A stretch of DNA of 64,000 bases from the human T2T-CHM13v2.0 reference genome, Homo sapiens. The notes beneath the pieces were generated by a model. The model ran no database searches and was not told the DNA's origin. It was given only the letters and a program-made list of their open reading frames with translations. A program made the translations under genes and the position numbers. The stretch is from the NCBI RefSeq assembly GCF_009914755.1, contig NC_060931.1. The stretch is one strand, 5' to 3'. This document shows positions 42,455 through 60,234 of this stretch, in pieces (within the stretch, counting starts at the first letter, position 1; each line of letters starts with the position of its first letter).

Positions 42455-43599
42455 TCAAATAGTCTTGATTTTTTTATTATTATTATTTTTTAGTCCCCAG
42501 GAAAGAAGCAGTCCTTGATGTTTTACAACCAACTAAATCCTTTGAGGAATCTTAGACCTTTTCGTAGCATTATCTTTTCTTTTTAGCAGGAAATCCTCAT
42601 GGTTTTCTGAGTGTAGTCTCCAGACTGGCAGCATTGATATTCCCTGGGGGCTAGCTGGACATGAAGACTGTCAGGATCCCCCCAAGACATGCAAAATCAG
42701 AAACTCTGGGGGTGGACTGAGCAATCTATTTTGACAAGCCCTCCTGGTGATTTGGATGCAAGCTTGGGCTTAGGAACACTGACCTAACCCAAACTTCAGG
42801 TGTCAAAACATCTTGGAACACATTCCCAAGGGGACATAAGGGCAAGCAGACAAGAACTGAGGCAGGACCAGGCTTTGGCACAGGATAAGGGATTAGTGAG
42901 ATGGTAGATTTCATTTTTCCTGAAAGCTGATTAAAACTGGCAAATATCTCTGGAGAAAGATGTCCTGGCATCCTTCAGTGGGTTTTACCTGATGTAAGAG
43001 GATAGAAGATGTTAGTGCCCTATAGCCGTATGACAGCTAATCTGAACTCATTCCCAAGTGTGTGGGAACACAGTGAAAAGTATAGTCCTAAAACTGGTCT
43101 TTCTTGATTTTTTTATCTTAGTGAGCAATAAAGTGAAAATGTATTTGTTTTTTTTTTCTTTTTTCCAGTGTGCTCACCAACAATTACAACCAAACAACAA
43201 TTTTTGTTGTAGTACCAAAAAACAACTTTTCTAAATACAAGGAAATCTAAGAGATGACTATTTACAACATATCTAAAACTTTCAGAGAATAGAGAGTAAC
43301 ACAGGTGCTACAGAGTAGGGAAAGATGAATTTTCTGTGTATATGCTTCTAGCAGCCTAGATAGGAGAGTACCAGGCTAACTAGCTTGCAACAAAGGATTT
43401 TAAAATTCTGATGCTGAGGATAAAATAGCAGATGAGATATTTGATCATGTATCTTGCTTTGGACCAACCTTAAAGTTTTTTCATGGATTTTAGAAAAACT
43501 GTTCACTTTGGCCTCTAGCGTTTTGTTCAAATCACAACCTGTTTCACGTCATAACTTGTACCTGCTAAATGGCTTTGAAATATTTTGAGCAATGACAAT

Positions 43600-46005
43600 G
43601 GCCAATGAATTATTTACGAGTGCATTGTATAATTTTCATATATTTGAGTTTTAAAATATGTGGTTTTAATTACTTTCTAGTTTAATTTCATTGTGGTAAG
43701 AGAACATAAATGGTAAGATTCCAAAGCTTTTAAATTTATTGAGACTTGTTTTATAGCCCAGCATATGGTCTATCTTGGTGAATATGCCATTTGCACTTGA
43801 AAACAATGTGTATTCTACAGTTGTTGGGTGGAGTGTTCTACAAATATGGATGAGGTCTTGGTGGTTGATAGTGTTGTTCAGAAGTTCTGCATCTTTAATG
43901 TTTTTGTTTTGTTTTTGTTTGCCTGGTAATTGTATCAGTTACTGAGAAAGGGGTATTAAAATCTCAGATTATGACTGTAAACTGTACATTTCTCTGTTTA
44001 ATTTGGCCAATTTTGCTTTATATATCTGGAAGCTCTGTTATTAGATGCATACGGATTTATGATTGTTATGTCTTTCTCATGAGTTGTCCAACGAAATGTC
44101 CCGCTTTACCTGGTAATAATCTTCGTCTTGTCTACTTTTTAATCCACAGATATCTGATTTTTATAAACAACTTTAACAGTCTTCAGTTTAACTTTCTTTT
44201 TTTTTTGAAATGGAGTCTTGCTCTGTCGCCCAGGCTGGAGTGCAGTGACATAAACTCGGCTCACTGCAACCTCTGCTTCCCAGGTTCAAGCAATTCTCCT
44301 GCCTCAGCCTCCTGAGTAGCTGGGATTACAGGTGTGCACCACCACGCCAAGCTAATTTTCTATTTTTAGTAGAGAAGGGGTTTTGCCATGTTGGTCAGGC
44401 TGGTCTCGAACTCCTGACCTCAGGCGATCCTCCCGCCTCGTCCTCCCAAAGTGCTGGGATTACAGGCGTGAGCCACCGTGCCTGGCCTCTTGTCTACTTT
44501 ATCTGACATTGGGATGGCCACTCCACCCTTTCAGGCATATTGTTTGCATGACATATCTTTTTCATTCATTTCCATTCAACCTATCTGTGTCATTACATTT
44601 AAAGTATGACTCTTCTGCACAGAGCACATTACTAAGTCTTGCATTCTTTTTTTTTTTTTTTTTTTTTTTTTTGAGGCAGAGTCTCACTCTGTTGCCCACG
44701 CTGGAGTGCAGTGATGTGATCATGACTAGCTACAGCCTGGACCTTCTGGGCTTAAGTGATCTTTCCACCTCAGTCCTCCAAGTAGCTGGGACTACAGGCG
44801 CATCTCACCATGCCTGGCTAATTTGTATATTTTTTGTAGAGACAGGGTCTCCCTAGTTACCCAGGTTGGTCTCAAACTCCTGGACTCAAGCAATCCTGCC
44901 TTAGCTTCCCAACGTGCTGAGATTACAGGCGTGATCCACTGCACTGGGCCAAGTCTTGCTTTAAAAAAAAATTATTATGATAATTTCAGCCTTCTAAATG
45001 GTATGTTTGGCTCATTATTAATATGGTTGCTTTAAGTCTATAATTTTAGTTTTCTCCTGCTTGTTCCTTCTGGTTGTACTCCTCTGTTCCTCTTTCCCTG
45101 CCTTCTTTTTGGATTAATTGAATATTTTTTAGAATTCCATTTTAATTTATCTATTGCCTTTTAGCTACACCTCTTTATGTTATCTTTGTAGTGGTTGCCC
45201 TAGGGATTTCACTGTACAATCTTCAATTTTCAGTCTAGTGAGAGTTACTATTGTAACCTGTTGCATAAAATATACCTTGTAATTGTACAGGTCTATTTAC
45301 CCTCTCCTCAATCATTTATATAATAGTTGTCATATATATTACATCTGTAAACATTATGGACTCCAAAATACAATGTTATAAATTTTTGTTTTAAACAGTT
45401 CTATTCATTTTTAATTAAGAAAAATGTGTTTTTCACTGGGGCTTGTTGGGGTGGGGGGAGGGATTGGATCAGGAAAAATAGCTAATAAATGCTGGGCTTA
45501 AGACCTAGATGATGGGTTGATCTGTGCAGCAAACCACCATGGCACACACGTTTACCCGTGTTAGAACCTGCACATCCTGCAATGGACCCTGAAACTTAGA
45601 AAAACTAAAAATAAATTTAAAAACAAAATAGAAAAAGAAAAATATGTTTATATTTATCCATTTATTTACTGTATCTAGTGTTCCTCTTTCTAAAGATCTG
45701 AGTTTCCATCTGGTATCATTTCTTTTTTTACATATACATATAATGATTGTACAAATTAATTATAAAACAAAAACAAAACCCTACTTTTAGAATTTCTAGT
45801 AGTGTAAATCTGCTGAAAAATGATCTTGTTTACTTTTATATGAAAATATCTTTATTTTGCTTTAATTTTTAAAGAATATTTTTATTGGACACAGTGTTCT
45901 TCTGGGTTTGCAGTTTTTATCTTTCAGCACTTTAAAGATCTTGTTCCACTGTCTTATGGCTCCATTTTTTCCTGATGAGAAGTCAAGCAGCTTTCAAATC
46001 ATTGT
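43600..46005 (-). mobile_element. L1M relic interrupted by two antisense Alus (44193-44487, 44647-44950) and an L1PA 3' fragment (45435-45640, +)
   Basis: L1 ORF2-like tatggtctatcttggtgaat...gcacttgaaaacaatgtgtattc; L1PA gatgggttgatctgtgcagcaaaccaccatggcac. Confidence 0.75.
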
Positions 46006-46045
46006 TCTAGAACTACCCCCAGGCTAAAAGCTATCTCTCTATACT

Positions 46046-46094
46046 ATGTATGTATGTACGTATGTATGTATGTATGTATCTTTCTATCTATCTG

Positions 46095-46141
<47 letters not shown>

Positions 46142-46168
46142 GTCTATCTATGTCTATGTACCTACGTA
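46046..46168. repeat. Compound (TATG)n(TATC)n tetranucleotide STR
   Basis: Read directly; about 11-12 perfect TATC units. Confidence 0.95.
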
Positions 46169-46623
46169 CTGATTAGGTCCTATAGGATAAAAATCTTGAT
46201 TAAAACTTAGGAACTGGGAATTTATGTTGATGTGGGAAAGGAATACTTTCTTTAGGTCATAGCTTATCACATCACAAAATTAATATCACACAGTGAATGA
46301 GCATCAGTATCACACCATCTGAGCAGGGGGTCAGAGGCACGGCAGCTGTCAGGGCTCTGATTGTTTTGTGGGCTTGTAGCACCTTCAAACCATACTATAC
46401 CTTTTTATGCTCTAGTTGATTGGAAAAACACAAAATTACAAATCTTGCCATATTCCCTGACAGTTTTTGAATCACCTCCATTAGCAACTTGTTCAAAGCA
46501 CTTAGAGATAATGGTAATAAACCATTTTAGAAACAGATTATGGGTTTCATTACTTTCCAGAGCTTACTCAATGTCTCAATTATTTACTGTAGTGTAATAT
46601 CTATATATAAGGATACTAAAATC

Positions 46624-46667
46624 TATATTAGTATTCTACCAGAGAAACAGAACCAGTAGAATGCAGG

Positions 46668-46716
<49 letters not shown>

Positions 46717-47078
46717 TTTGCAGATGCACGTACATGTATATAAGTGTCTGTGTCTGTGTATGAGAGAGAGAGAGATTTATTGCAAAGAATTGGTTTATGT
46801 GTTGTAGGGGTGACTAGGCAAGTTTAAAGTCCACAGAAAACGCAGGCTAGAAATCTTGGGCAAGAGCTAAGATTGCAGTTCACAGGTGGAATTTCTTCCT
46901 GTGAAGACTTGGGAAACCAGAAAAACCTAATTTTTGTTCTTAAAACCTTTCAACTGATTGGATAAGTCCTACCCAGATTATGAGGATAATCTCCTTTACT
47001 TAAAGTCACCTTATTGTAGATCTTAACCACATCTACGAAACACCTTAGCCAAGTTGACACACAAAGCAAACCATCACA
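46624..47078 (-). mobile_element. MLT2 (ERVL) LTR containing (CA)n at ~46670-46713
   Basis: ccagagaaacagaaccagtag...gagatttattgcaaagaattgg; ends ccatcaca. Confidence 0.8.
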
Positions 47079-48382
47079 TATTTACATATTTAAGAACATT
47101 AAGTACTAAATAGGACTAATCATAGAATAACCAAAAAAAACTGAGTTACAAACCTACTGGAAATGGAGAATGTATAGCCTAGTAGGAAGTAAAATAAGAT
47201 TTGTTTGTTATGGCAAAAGTCCCAATACTGCTGAAATCCTCCCCTGATAAATTACTCTGCTGCTCCTCCCCACTCTCACTCCCTATGAGGGTCCCAAGAG
47301 AACTATACACACAAGAATCAAGAGTAAATAGAAATAATATCACCATGTCCTATATATTGCAATATCTTTTTCGGGGTGTGGGTAAAATCAAGAGGATACT
47401 CTGAGCCTACTCCTTCCCTTTACCTCCCCACATCTGTCTATATCTTGGTTGTAGCATATTTAGAGGTATCTTTAGACAGAAAGAGATTAGCAGGCTCCCA
47501 GAGAGACCCTGATACTATTTACCTGACAAGCCACATGGAAAAAGAAGAAGAGAAATTGCTGGCCAGAGGGCAGGCCCTGCTATCTGTCCTTACAGCATGG
47601 AGGCAGGAAGAGGTTCAATACTGAGATATTCACTTTCTGACACATACAGTGTTTCTACCTCATGAGCAACTATTTCCTCATCCATGGCTTTAAATACAAT
47701 GGTGAGATCAGCAGCTTCTCTTCCCTGGAAATAAGGATGAGGTATAAGTAAAATGTGGACAGACACACGGCTTAGTATAGACAGAGGGAGTTTTACGATC
47801 CCCTCCTCCTATTCGACTTTTAGTAAAAATTTAAACAAACAATATCCTTAGAAAGAAATCAGGGCAGATTACTAAAATGCTTTTTTGTTTTTTAAAAATT
47901 CTTATTAATTAATTAATTTATTTCTTATGAAAATTTCAAATTTCTAACGATCTCATAAAAATACTACTAAAATATTTCTTTTAGTGCATAATTAAATTTG
48001 GCAAAAGAAATGGATTTTTCACATTTCTCTACATTAGAATCAAATGTATACTCACAGATCGTTTTCATTTAAGGTTAAATTCTAGTGCTCAGTAAAAGGA
48101 CAATGAGAAGAGGTAGGTAGGAAAAGCTCAGCAATGACAAGATTTCCATTTTTCTCTTTTTAAATTCCGTATATTTTTTTCCCTTTCTCACTACTGCACT
48201 TGACTAGTCTTTTAAAAAAAAAATTCTTTTTTCCTTTTTTTTTTTTTTGAGACAGAGCCACTAGCATCCAGGTAGTGAGGGCTTGCCGGCTTGCCAAAAG
48301 TAATTCATGGAAGTTAGTTATAGCCAACAGCCCGCTTCCCACGTGAAATGTATGTGCCATTTTGAATATCAGAGTCTGTCTC

Positions 48383-48678
48383 TTTTTTTTCTTTTTTTGA
48401 GACGTGGTCTCTCTCTGTTGCCCAGGCTGGAGTGCAGTGGCGTGATCTCGGCTCATTGCAACCTCCGCCTCCTGGGTTGAAGGGATTCTCCTGCCTCGGC
48501 CTCCTGAGGAGCTAGAATTACAGACGTGCACCACCATGCCTGGCTAATTTTTGTATTTTTAGAGATGTGGTTTTGCCATGTTGGCCGGGCTGGTGTTGAA
48601 CTCCTGACCTCAAGGGATCCACGCACCTCAGCCTCCCAAAGTGTTGGCATTACAGGTGTGAGCCACCGTGCACCACCT
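48383..48678 (-). mobile_element. Alu (AluS), part of the composite insertion 48221-48678
   Basis: Alu consensus; see findings. Confidence 0.9.
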
Positions 48679-49298
48679 CACTTGACTAGTTTTAAAAAAA
48701 TAAAATAAGTTCCACATTTTGTTGCATACAGATCTTAATTATGGCCAATGAGACTTGGAGACTAGGAATAGTATATTTTAATGCATGAGAACACTGATCC
48801 TTATTATGTTGTGTGTGTCTATCTATGTGAGTATCTTTAGTGATTGTCCTTTCAAAAAATTGGTAACTATTGGTCTATTAATTCTGTAGTTTACTTTCAG
48901 TTCAGATTAGCTTCCTTTTTAATTCATTTCATCAGGGGTGAGAGTAGATGAACAGCAACAAAGAAAAGAAAACTTATTTTCTCTGACATATCTCTCTAAA
49001 GAGCTATTCTTACTTGATGGCAAAATTAATGTCTTTCTATATTTATTAACAACAATAAAATTAATAGTTTATATTTGAGTGACTTTATTTCTAGCAATGA
49101 TGTTCAACATGGTGTATGCCTTATTTATTTGATCTTCACAAATAATTTTTTTGAGATCAATGTGATTGATTATATTTTCACATATTACAAAGATAAAAAA
49201 GTTAACGAACACACCCAAGTTGTACAGATAATAAAAATGGATCCAATGCAATCTTATTTCAGAAGCCATGTTCTTAACCATTATGTGGTTATTCCATT

Positions 49299-49671
49299 TG
49301 ATATGGTTTGACTCTGTGTCCCCACTTAAATCTCTCCTTGAATTGTAATAATTTCCACATGTCAAGGGTGGGACCAGGTGGGAGGTGATTGGATCACGGG
49401 GGCGGTTTCCCCCTTGCTGTTCTCATGATAATGAGTGAGTCTCACAAGATCTGAGAGTTTTATAAGCATCTGGCATTTCCCCTGCTTGCACTCACTCCAT
49501 CCTGCCTCCCTGTAAGGAAGGTGCCTGCTTCTCCTTTGCCTTCTGCCACGATTCTAAGTTTCCTGAGGCCTCCTCAGCAACGCTGAACTGTGAGTCAATT
49601 AAGCCTCTTCCCTTTGTAAATTACCCAGTTGTGGGTATTTCTTCATAGCATTGTGAGAACAGACTTATACA
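49299..49671 (+). mobile_element. THE1 (MaLR) solo LTR
   Basis: TGATATGGTTTG...TATACA; 5-bp TSD CCATT. Confidence 0.92.
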
Positions 49672-50102
49672 CCATTACATGGGGATAACAAGATTATATT
49701 TAAGTGCTGAAAATATTATGAATTCAAGTTTTCTTCAGATCAAAATTATGTTTCCCTAAACCGTCCAGAAAAATCTCTAAAATAGATATTACAACCTCTT
49801 TATTCTTATAATAGTTTGCGGGGAACCATGTTTGTTGATGCTCAAAGTCTGAAGTAGCATAATTTTGAGACAAGTCCATCAGGTTGGGAGTCAAAAGATC
49901 ACAGCTTCTCTGTTGTTCATTCTTATCTCCTCTTGTCTTGAGTTCCTTCTCTTGCAATGTAGAGGTTAGACACGATGACCTCTAGTATTTCTCTGAGTCT
50001 TTCTAAGAACTATTCCACAGTTCCATAAATAAGACCTGAGACTTAGAGATGATCCAGAACTGCCTTCTGACCTCTTTGAATCAACACTCTCAAGACACCC
50101 TA

Positions 50103-50439
<337 letters not shown>

Positions 50440-51210
50440 CCAGAGAGATTGAAAGATTTTCTAATTCCACAAATCACAATTTTTTAACAATCAATGAAAT
50501 TCAAAAAAGCCACTGATATTTCCCCCCTTGTATTAAAAAAAAGTTATTTTCTATATACAATGGCCAACAAAGTTGGAAGCAAACAAATTAACTCCCCAGA
50601 ATCTGTTATGATTCGTGCATTATGTTAGATATAGGGAAAATATTCTAGTTCTTAAAATCATTCTGAAAGTAAAGAATGATTCTAACAGTGAAAGATTTGT
50701 AACTGAAGCAATACAGTAGATGCCTTTGAAAATTGGACTGCAAAATATGCTAAAAATGTGTGCACTCAGGAAAAAAACAAATAGCACCCAGCTAGTGTCG
50801 GCTTCCCAAAAGTAACTCATGAAAGTTAGTTATAGCCAACAGCCTGCCTCCCAGATGAAATGTATGTGCCATTTTGAATATCAGAGTCTCTTAATTGAAT
50901 CTCATTTTTGTCCTGAGGGCTGTTCTTCCTTCTGACATGTTCTCACAATGGAAAAATGAAGAAGAAAGGGGAAAATGCGGTGTGAAGAGTAAGAGAGATA
51001 CAAAAAGGAATTGTATGTCGATTGGTGCTGACATAATGAAGTGCCTGCTCCAATGGCCCCTTTCTCCTGTTCGCAACTCAGCAGTTAGCCTAAGAACACT
51101 GCATAATACTGTTTGAGGGGAAAAGATTTAAAAAAGCAAAGGCCCGTGTTCTAAGAAATATGAAGTAGATAACTCAAATTATATTTTTGTTTTTAAAAAC
51201 TCAGGTAATA

Positions 51211-51805
<595 letters not shown>

Positions 51806-52623
51806 TCAGGTAATAAATTTGAATTGTTCAATAATCAATTAAGGATTATGGTCTAGTAGTGTTTCTTTTGGATGCATTCTTCTTTTCTTCCCCTAAACAC
51901 TGAAAACAAAATTAAAAAATGAAAAACAGTGTTGAAGATCTCAGTTTTGCAACATGACTGGCATGGTTAGAGGTGGTGCTAGTTCCTAGGATTGCAATAC
52001 CCAAAATGAACTCAATTTAACTTTGTGCCTTGTCTTTTTTAAAATTTGAACTCCCACAGCCCATCTTTCAGCAGGATTGTAGCAGAAAGTGCTGGAGGAC
52101 ACACACAGCAGAACAGCCCTCCATTTACTGCCTCAGAACATAAATGAGGCTGGAACGAGAGAGCAAGCACTGAATTTGGCCTAGAGAATGAAGGGGGATG
52201 GAATAATATTTTTATTCTACATGGAGGCAGAAGTAAGCAGTAGGCAATCTGGGCTCTGAACCAAATAGGTGAGAGGATAGTCAGAGGAAATTTCCAAGAT
52301 CAATATTTAATTAAGTAAAATAAAAATATTGCAGTGGAGAAACATTTTTTATATCAATTTGGTCTGATGGTTCTAGACTTATCTCAAATAATAAAGGTTC
52401 AGGGTGAGTTAATTCTACTCAAATTTATAGCAAACCCAAATTAGATTCAGCAGGGATGAGCAGTTAACATTTCCTGATAAGAGTCACTAACTGAGTTTAG
52501 GTACTGGTGTTTCCTTGAATCGTCCTCTAAATTGTCTATTTTAAGACTAATTTGTTAGTGATTTTGTTATAGTGAATACGCCTTCTAATCTGTATCTTAG
52601 CCACATGTAGGAGAATCCTAGCT

Positions 52624-52917
52624 TCTTTTTCTTTTGAGATGGAGTCTCACTCTGTCGTCCAGGTTGGAGTGCAGTGGCACAATCTAGGCTCACTGTAGCC
52701 CCTGCCTCCTGTGTTCAAGCGATTCTCCTGCCTCAGCCTCCCAAATAGCTGGGATTACAGGTGCCCACCACCACACCCGGCTACTTTTTGTATTTTCAGT
52801 AGAAACAGGGTTTCACCATGCTGACCAGACTGGTCTCAAACTCCTGACCTCAAGTGATCCGCCCGCCTGGGCCTCCCAAAGTGCTGGGATTACAGGCGTG
52901 AGCCACCCCACACCAGC
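52624..52917 (-). mobile_element. Alu (AluS)
   Basis: Alu consensus. Confidence 0.92.
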
Positions 52918-53106
52918 TTCCGACTGTTTATTATAAGACAGCTTAGGCAACACAATTCACCTGAGACTTCGACTACCTTTCAGTTTGGTCAGTAAATGCA
53001 GGCAGTGACTCGAACAGCATTAGTCTCACAAACACCTAAAAGCAACGCCACAGGCTTAACGTGCAAATCCCACAAAAGAGATGACTGATAGCTGATTACA
53101 GATCAC

Positions 53107-53529
53107 TGCATTTGTTTCCTATTGGCATTGAAACAAATTACCACAAATGTAGTGGCTTAAAACCACACAAATGTATTATTTTACAATAGGCAGAGCTGCT
53201 GCATTCCTTCTGGATGCTCTAGGGAGGAATCCAGGTCCTTTCCTTTTCTAGCTTCTACAGGCTGTCCACATTGCTTGGCCAGTGGACCCTTCCTCCAGCC
53301 TCAAAGCCAGCAGTATAGCTTCTACCTCTCTGGTCACAGGGCCTACTCCGCTTCTTAAAGGACTGTTGTGATTCTATGGGGCCCACCTGGATAATGCAGG
53401 CTACTCTCCCCATCTCAAAATCCTTTCTTGATCACATCTGTAAATTATACTTTGCCATGTAAAGTAACATATTCACAAGTTCCAGAGATTAGGAAAAGGA
53501 CATCTTTGGGGGCTATTATTCAGCCTACA
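53107..53529 (-). mobile_element. MLT1 (C/D-like) LTR
   Basis: aacaaattaccacaaatgtagtggcttaaa...catctttgggggctattattcagcctaca. Confidence 0.78.
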
Positions 53530-54917
53530 ATGACTGTCAAAATGTGAATCAGAATATAAAGAAGTTTTGTTATAATGCTCATTCACAGTATTGAATAAGG
53601 TAAAAGAAATTATAATCCCCAGATACTTTAATTAAGCCTTGATTAAATTAAGCGGGAAAAAAAGGTACTAGACAAAGATTTCTAAAAGCAAACCTGTAAG
53701 GAAAAATGAAAAGGTGTTGAAATAATAGACTGAGAATGAAAGGTACTAGGTTAGTCATTACTATGTGCTTAGAGAGGTAAGGGAGAAAGAGAATGAATAA
53801 AGATATTTAGCCTTTATTTGCCATAAAAAATAAGTTAAATCTACATGTAGTCTGTCCCTTATCATCCTAAAACAGAATATCTTAGTCTGTTTACTAAAAG
53901 GGGAAGGGAAATTTCCCTTAATATGTCAATTTTGGGGTTTTTTTTACATTTATATTTAAAATTTATTTTTATTAGTTATGCTGTAAGGACTATTGACCTT
54001 AGAACCCTTTCGTCTTATGAAAACAATGTTTGTGAAAATATTTGTTTTAGAGAATTGTTTGTTCACTTAAAGTTGCGAACAATGTTTGTTTAGGAGGTTG
54101 AATTTACTCACCAGCCTGGTGATCATTACTGACTATGATTTCATTGATACTGTTGTAATCAATTCAGCCAGTTAAAAAAATCAAAGTTCAGTCATGTAAG
54201 TTAAGAAGGCTATGTACTCATAGCCTTTTTACTTGTAAAACTTTATTTGCAAATAAATACTTATTGATTTTTTAAATTGTTATTTTTAAAACACGACAAA
54301 AAAATCTTCCCATTCTCTGTAGCACAATATGTTTATGTGTCTTCTGATCCTTCTGACTCTTCTCAATAGAGTGCATTTGTACCTTGCATGTGGATGTCCA
54401 ATTCTCCCAGCATTTCTTTTTTTTATAGGGTTGAAATTTTCATAATTATAATTGAAACAATTTAAACTGTTCTTATGACCCTTCAAAAATATACATTTGA
54501 AAAGAAACAAAAATATACATTTGAAATTATATTTTAAGAGTCTAATGGCACTTCACTTCCTTCATTGCCACATGTGATATTGAAATTTCTGTGATAATGC
54601 AAATGGTTTCAAATCCATACAAACTTTGTAAACGTTAAGTATTTCAGAGTAATATGGAAGCTTTTATTTGCAACATGGATTTTAGAGCAATGACACTTCT
54701 GCAAACCTAAAGCCCACTAATAGCGCACACCAACTGTCATAAATGGAGTTCTCTCCATAACGGAGAGAAGTCCCAAAGCATAGGATCTTTCAAAAGTCCT
54801 ACTGCAGTTTTAAGTTTTAGTAATTTCAGAAGAATAAGTCCTTCAAAATTTTAAAAAGTGAAAATGTAATGATTTAAATGTATCACAATCAGGAAGTCTT
54901 GAGAAAGTTTCAATAAT

Positions 54918-56040
54918 ACTTTTTTATTGTAGTAAAAAATATGTAACATAAACTTTACCATCTTAACCATTTCTAAATGTATAGTTCAGTAGCGTTAAAT
55001 ACATTAACATTGCTGTGCAACCAGTCTCCAGAACTTTTTCATCTTACAAAACTGAAACTCTATATCCATTGCAGTGGACTGATGTTTGTGTCTCCCCAGA
55101 ATTTATAGGTTGAAATCTCCCAATGTGAGGTATTAGGGGGCAGGGTCTTTGGAAGACAATTTGGGAGGTGGTAAGGGTGAAGCCCTCATGAATGAGATTA
55201 GGCCTTATAAAAGAGACCCCCAGAGAGCTCTCTAGCCCTCTTTCCCCTTGTGAGGTTACAAAAAAAAGTCAACAATCTGCAGCCTACAAGATAGCCCTCA
55301 CTAGAACCTGAGCATGTTGGCATCCTGATCTTAGATTTCCAGCCTCTGCGTGAAATACATTTCTGTTGCTTATAAACCACCCAGTCTATGGTATTTTGTT
55401 ATAGCAGTCCAAACTAAGACACCCATTAAATAGTAACTCCCCATTTACCTCTCCCCTCAGCCCCTGGAAACCACCATTCCACTTTCTAAATATTTGACTA
55501 CCGTAGATATTTCATATACGTGGAATCATACAGTATTTGTCTTTGTGACTGGCTTATTTCACTTTGCATAATGTCCTCAATGTTCATTCACGTTGTTGCA
55601 TGTGTCAGAATATTTTTCCTTCTGAAAGCTGAGTCATATGCCCTTGTATGTATATGCTACATTTGTTGATGCACTCATCTGTTGATGGACACTAGGGTTT
55701 CTTCCATCCCTTGGCTATTGTGAATAATCCTGCTATGAACACGGGTGTACAAATAGCTCTTTGAGACCTATTTTCAATTCTGTCAGATATATGTGTAGAA
55801 GTGGAATTGCTGGATCATATGGTAGTTCTATTATTAGTTTTTTGAGAACCACTATGTTTTCTATAGCAGTGGCACTATTTTACATTCCCACCAATGGTGC
55901 ACAAGAGTTCCACTTTCTCCATATCAGTGCCAGCACTTGTTCTTTTCTTTTCTTTCCTTTTTTTGATAGTAGCCATCCAAATGGGTGTGCGGTGATATCT
56001 CATTGTGTCTTTTTTCTTTGCATTTCTCTAATGATTATTT
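54918..56040 (-). mobile_element. L1MB 3' end interrupted by an MLT1A LTR (55070-55421, +)
   Basis: L1MB taccatcttaaccattt...tggaatcatacagtatttgtc; MLT1A ends aactaagaca, with TSD TCCAT/CCCAT. Confidence 0.82.
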
Positions 56041-56796
56041 CATACACTTAGCCAAATAACACATTTTTAACTTAATCTTTAGTTGTGTCAGTGTCTGCCA
56101 TCTTTAGAGGGACTAAAATGTTTTAAAAATTAATTTTTCAAATATCTCAAAACTAAGTACAGATAAATTTAAATAGTCTTCTTCGTTTTGTAAGTTTGTA
56201 AGCTCATTTTGTACATTCACAGCGTCTGTACTACTGAAGATATTACAACCTAAAACTGAACTAAGACTTTTGGGACACCATGTATATAAAATCAGAGATT
56301 CAGGTTTGCTGGCTGGAGCCATACCTGGCCTGAGTCCCCACTGAGCCACTGGGTTTCAAGCACTGCCCCAAAACAGCCACACCTGGAACCACTAGACTTG
56401 CTTCTTGGACACATGGAATGCAACTCCTATAAATCATCCCTGAGCTCCCTGCCCTTGATGGGCAGCGTCAGCCTCTGAAGCTGTCCTGCAGTATATGTCC
56501 TGATGGCAGAACACCTCTTGGACACCATCAAGGTATCAAAGAGGAGGGATGGGTGCCCGTGTTGCTGATTTTGCTCATTGTTTTAGAGGTGCATGGATAT
56601 GCTCTTAAACTCCTCTCCCTTCAGGCATCCTCAAGGCAGGCAGCTGCCCATGTCTGTAGTTCACCACAGTGGGGACGTCGACACCCTCAGAGCCTGCTTA
56701 GTCACCACCGAGCTGCAGAGGTCTAGTTGCATTAGATACCCGAGTCTTCTTTCTTTGGCTGTGGTTATTAATTAGCTCTTAAAAATCTGTTTGTAC

Positions 56797-57114
<318 letters not shown>

Positions 57115-57803
57115 TTATCAGCCTAATTGTTCTCCTTTGAGCTAGCAAAATTTTTACGGCTTCAAATTTCTCAGAACTTTTAATGAAATATTCAGAATAC
57201 TTCCAGCATCTCCTTGGCTTTTGATCTCAGCAGAGACTGCAGTAGCTGGCAGTGTTCTCTAAAGGCTAATGAATACAAACCCAAAGAAGTAAAGTCATAA
57301 CAAGACTTTGAATTTACCCTGAGTTCCTTTATGCCAAAGGGCCCAAATCTGTAAAATGTCACTTGCTAGTTCTTCTAAGTCATTTGAATACCCTGAGTGG
57401 TACATAAATAATTGAGTACTGGCTTTTAATTAAGGCTCTGTAGTGAAAGCCGCTTTATGCAAAATTAAATGCTTTTTAATAGCTAATTTAGAGACCACTT
57501 TTTAACACTGGAAGTACCATACCAGGAAACTCAGCACATTGCTAATTTGATCTGGCAGTGTTCCTGCATTACATGTAGGATTCAGTTCCTTTTTATAAAT
57601 AAATGTTCCTTACACACAGCTCCGAATTTTATTTCAATATTACCAATGCTTCTCACAGAAGAAAGATATCAAGTGAAAAAAGTTAGATCACATCATATTT
57701 CATAATTGTATCAAAATGAATATAGCCTGTGAACACTTCAGAGCTTAAAAAAACTAGGTTTCATATCCTTACCCAAGTTGTATAGGTATTAAAGGTAACT
57801 AAG

Positions 57804-59967
<2,164 letters not shown>

Positions 59968-60043
59968 CAAGACGCCAATTAATACACTACGAATCCCACA
60001 GGGAAGTCCAGATTGAGCATGAAGCACAACAGCTCTGCTAGTA

Positions 60044-60067
60044 TTCTTTCTTTCTTTCTTTCTTTCC

Positions 60068-60126
<59 letters not shown>

Positions 60127-60234
60127 TCCTTCCTTCCTTCCTTCCTTCCTTCCTTCCTTCCTTCCTTCCTTCCTTCCTTCCTCCCTTCTTTCCTTCCTTT
60201 CTTTCCTTCTTTATTTCTATTTTCTCTTTCTTTC
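60044..60234. repeat. (TTTC)n(TTCC)n polypyrimidine STR followed by an antisense Alu fragment (to ~60317)
   Basis: Read directly. Confidence 0.93.

Noticed and set aside
56300-56750. GC-richer unique segment with exon-like AG/GT sites
   Set aside because: No recognisable protein in the frames I read, no poly(A) or TSD and no partner exons; would need tBLASTx.
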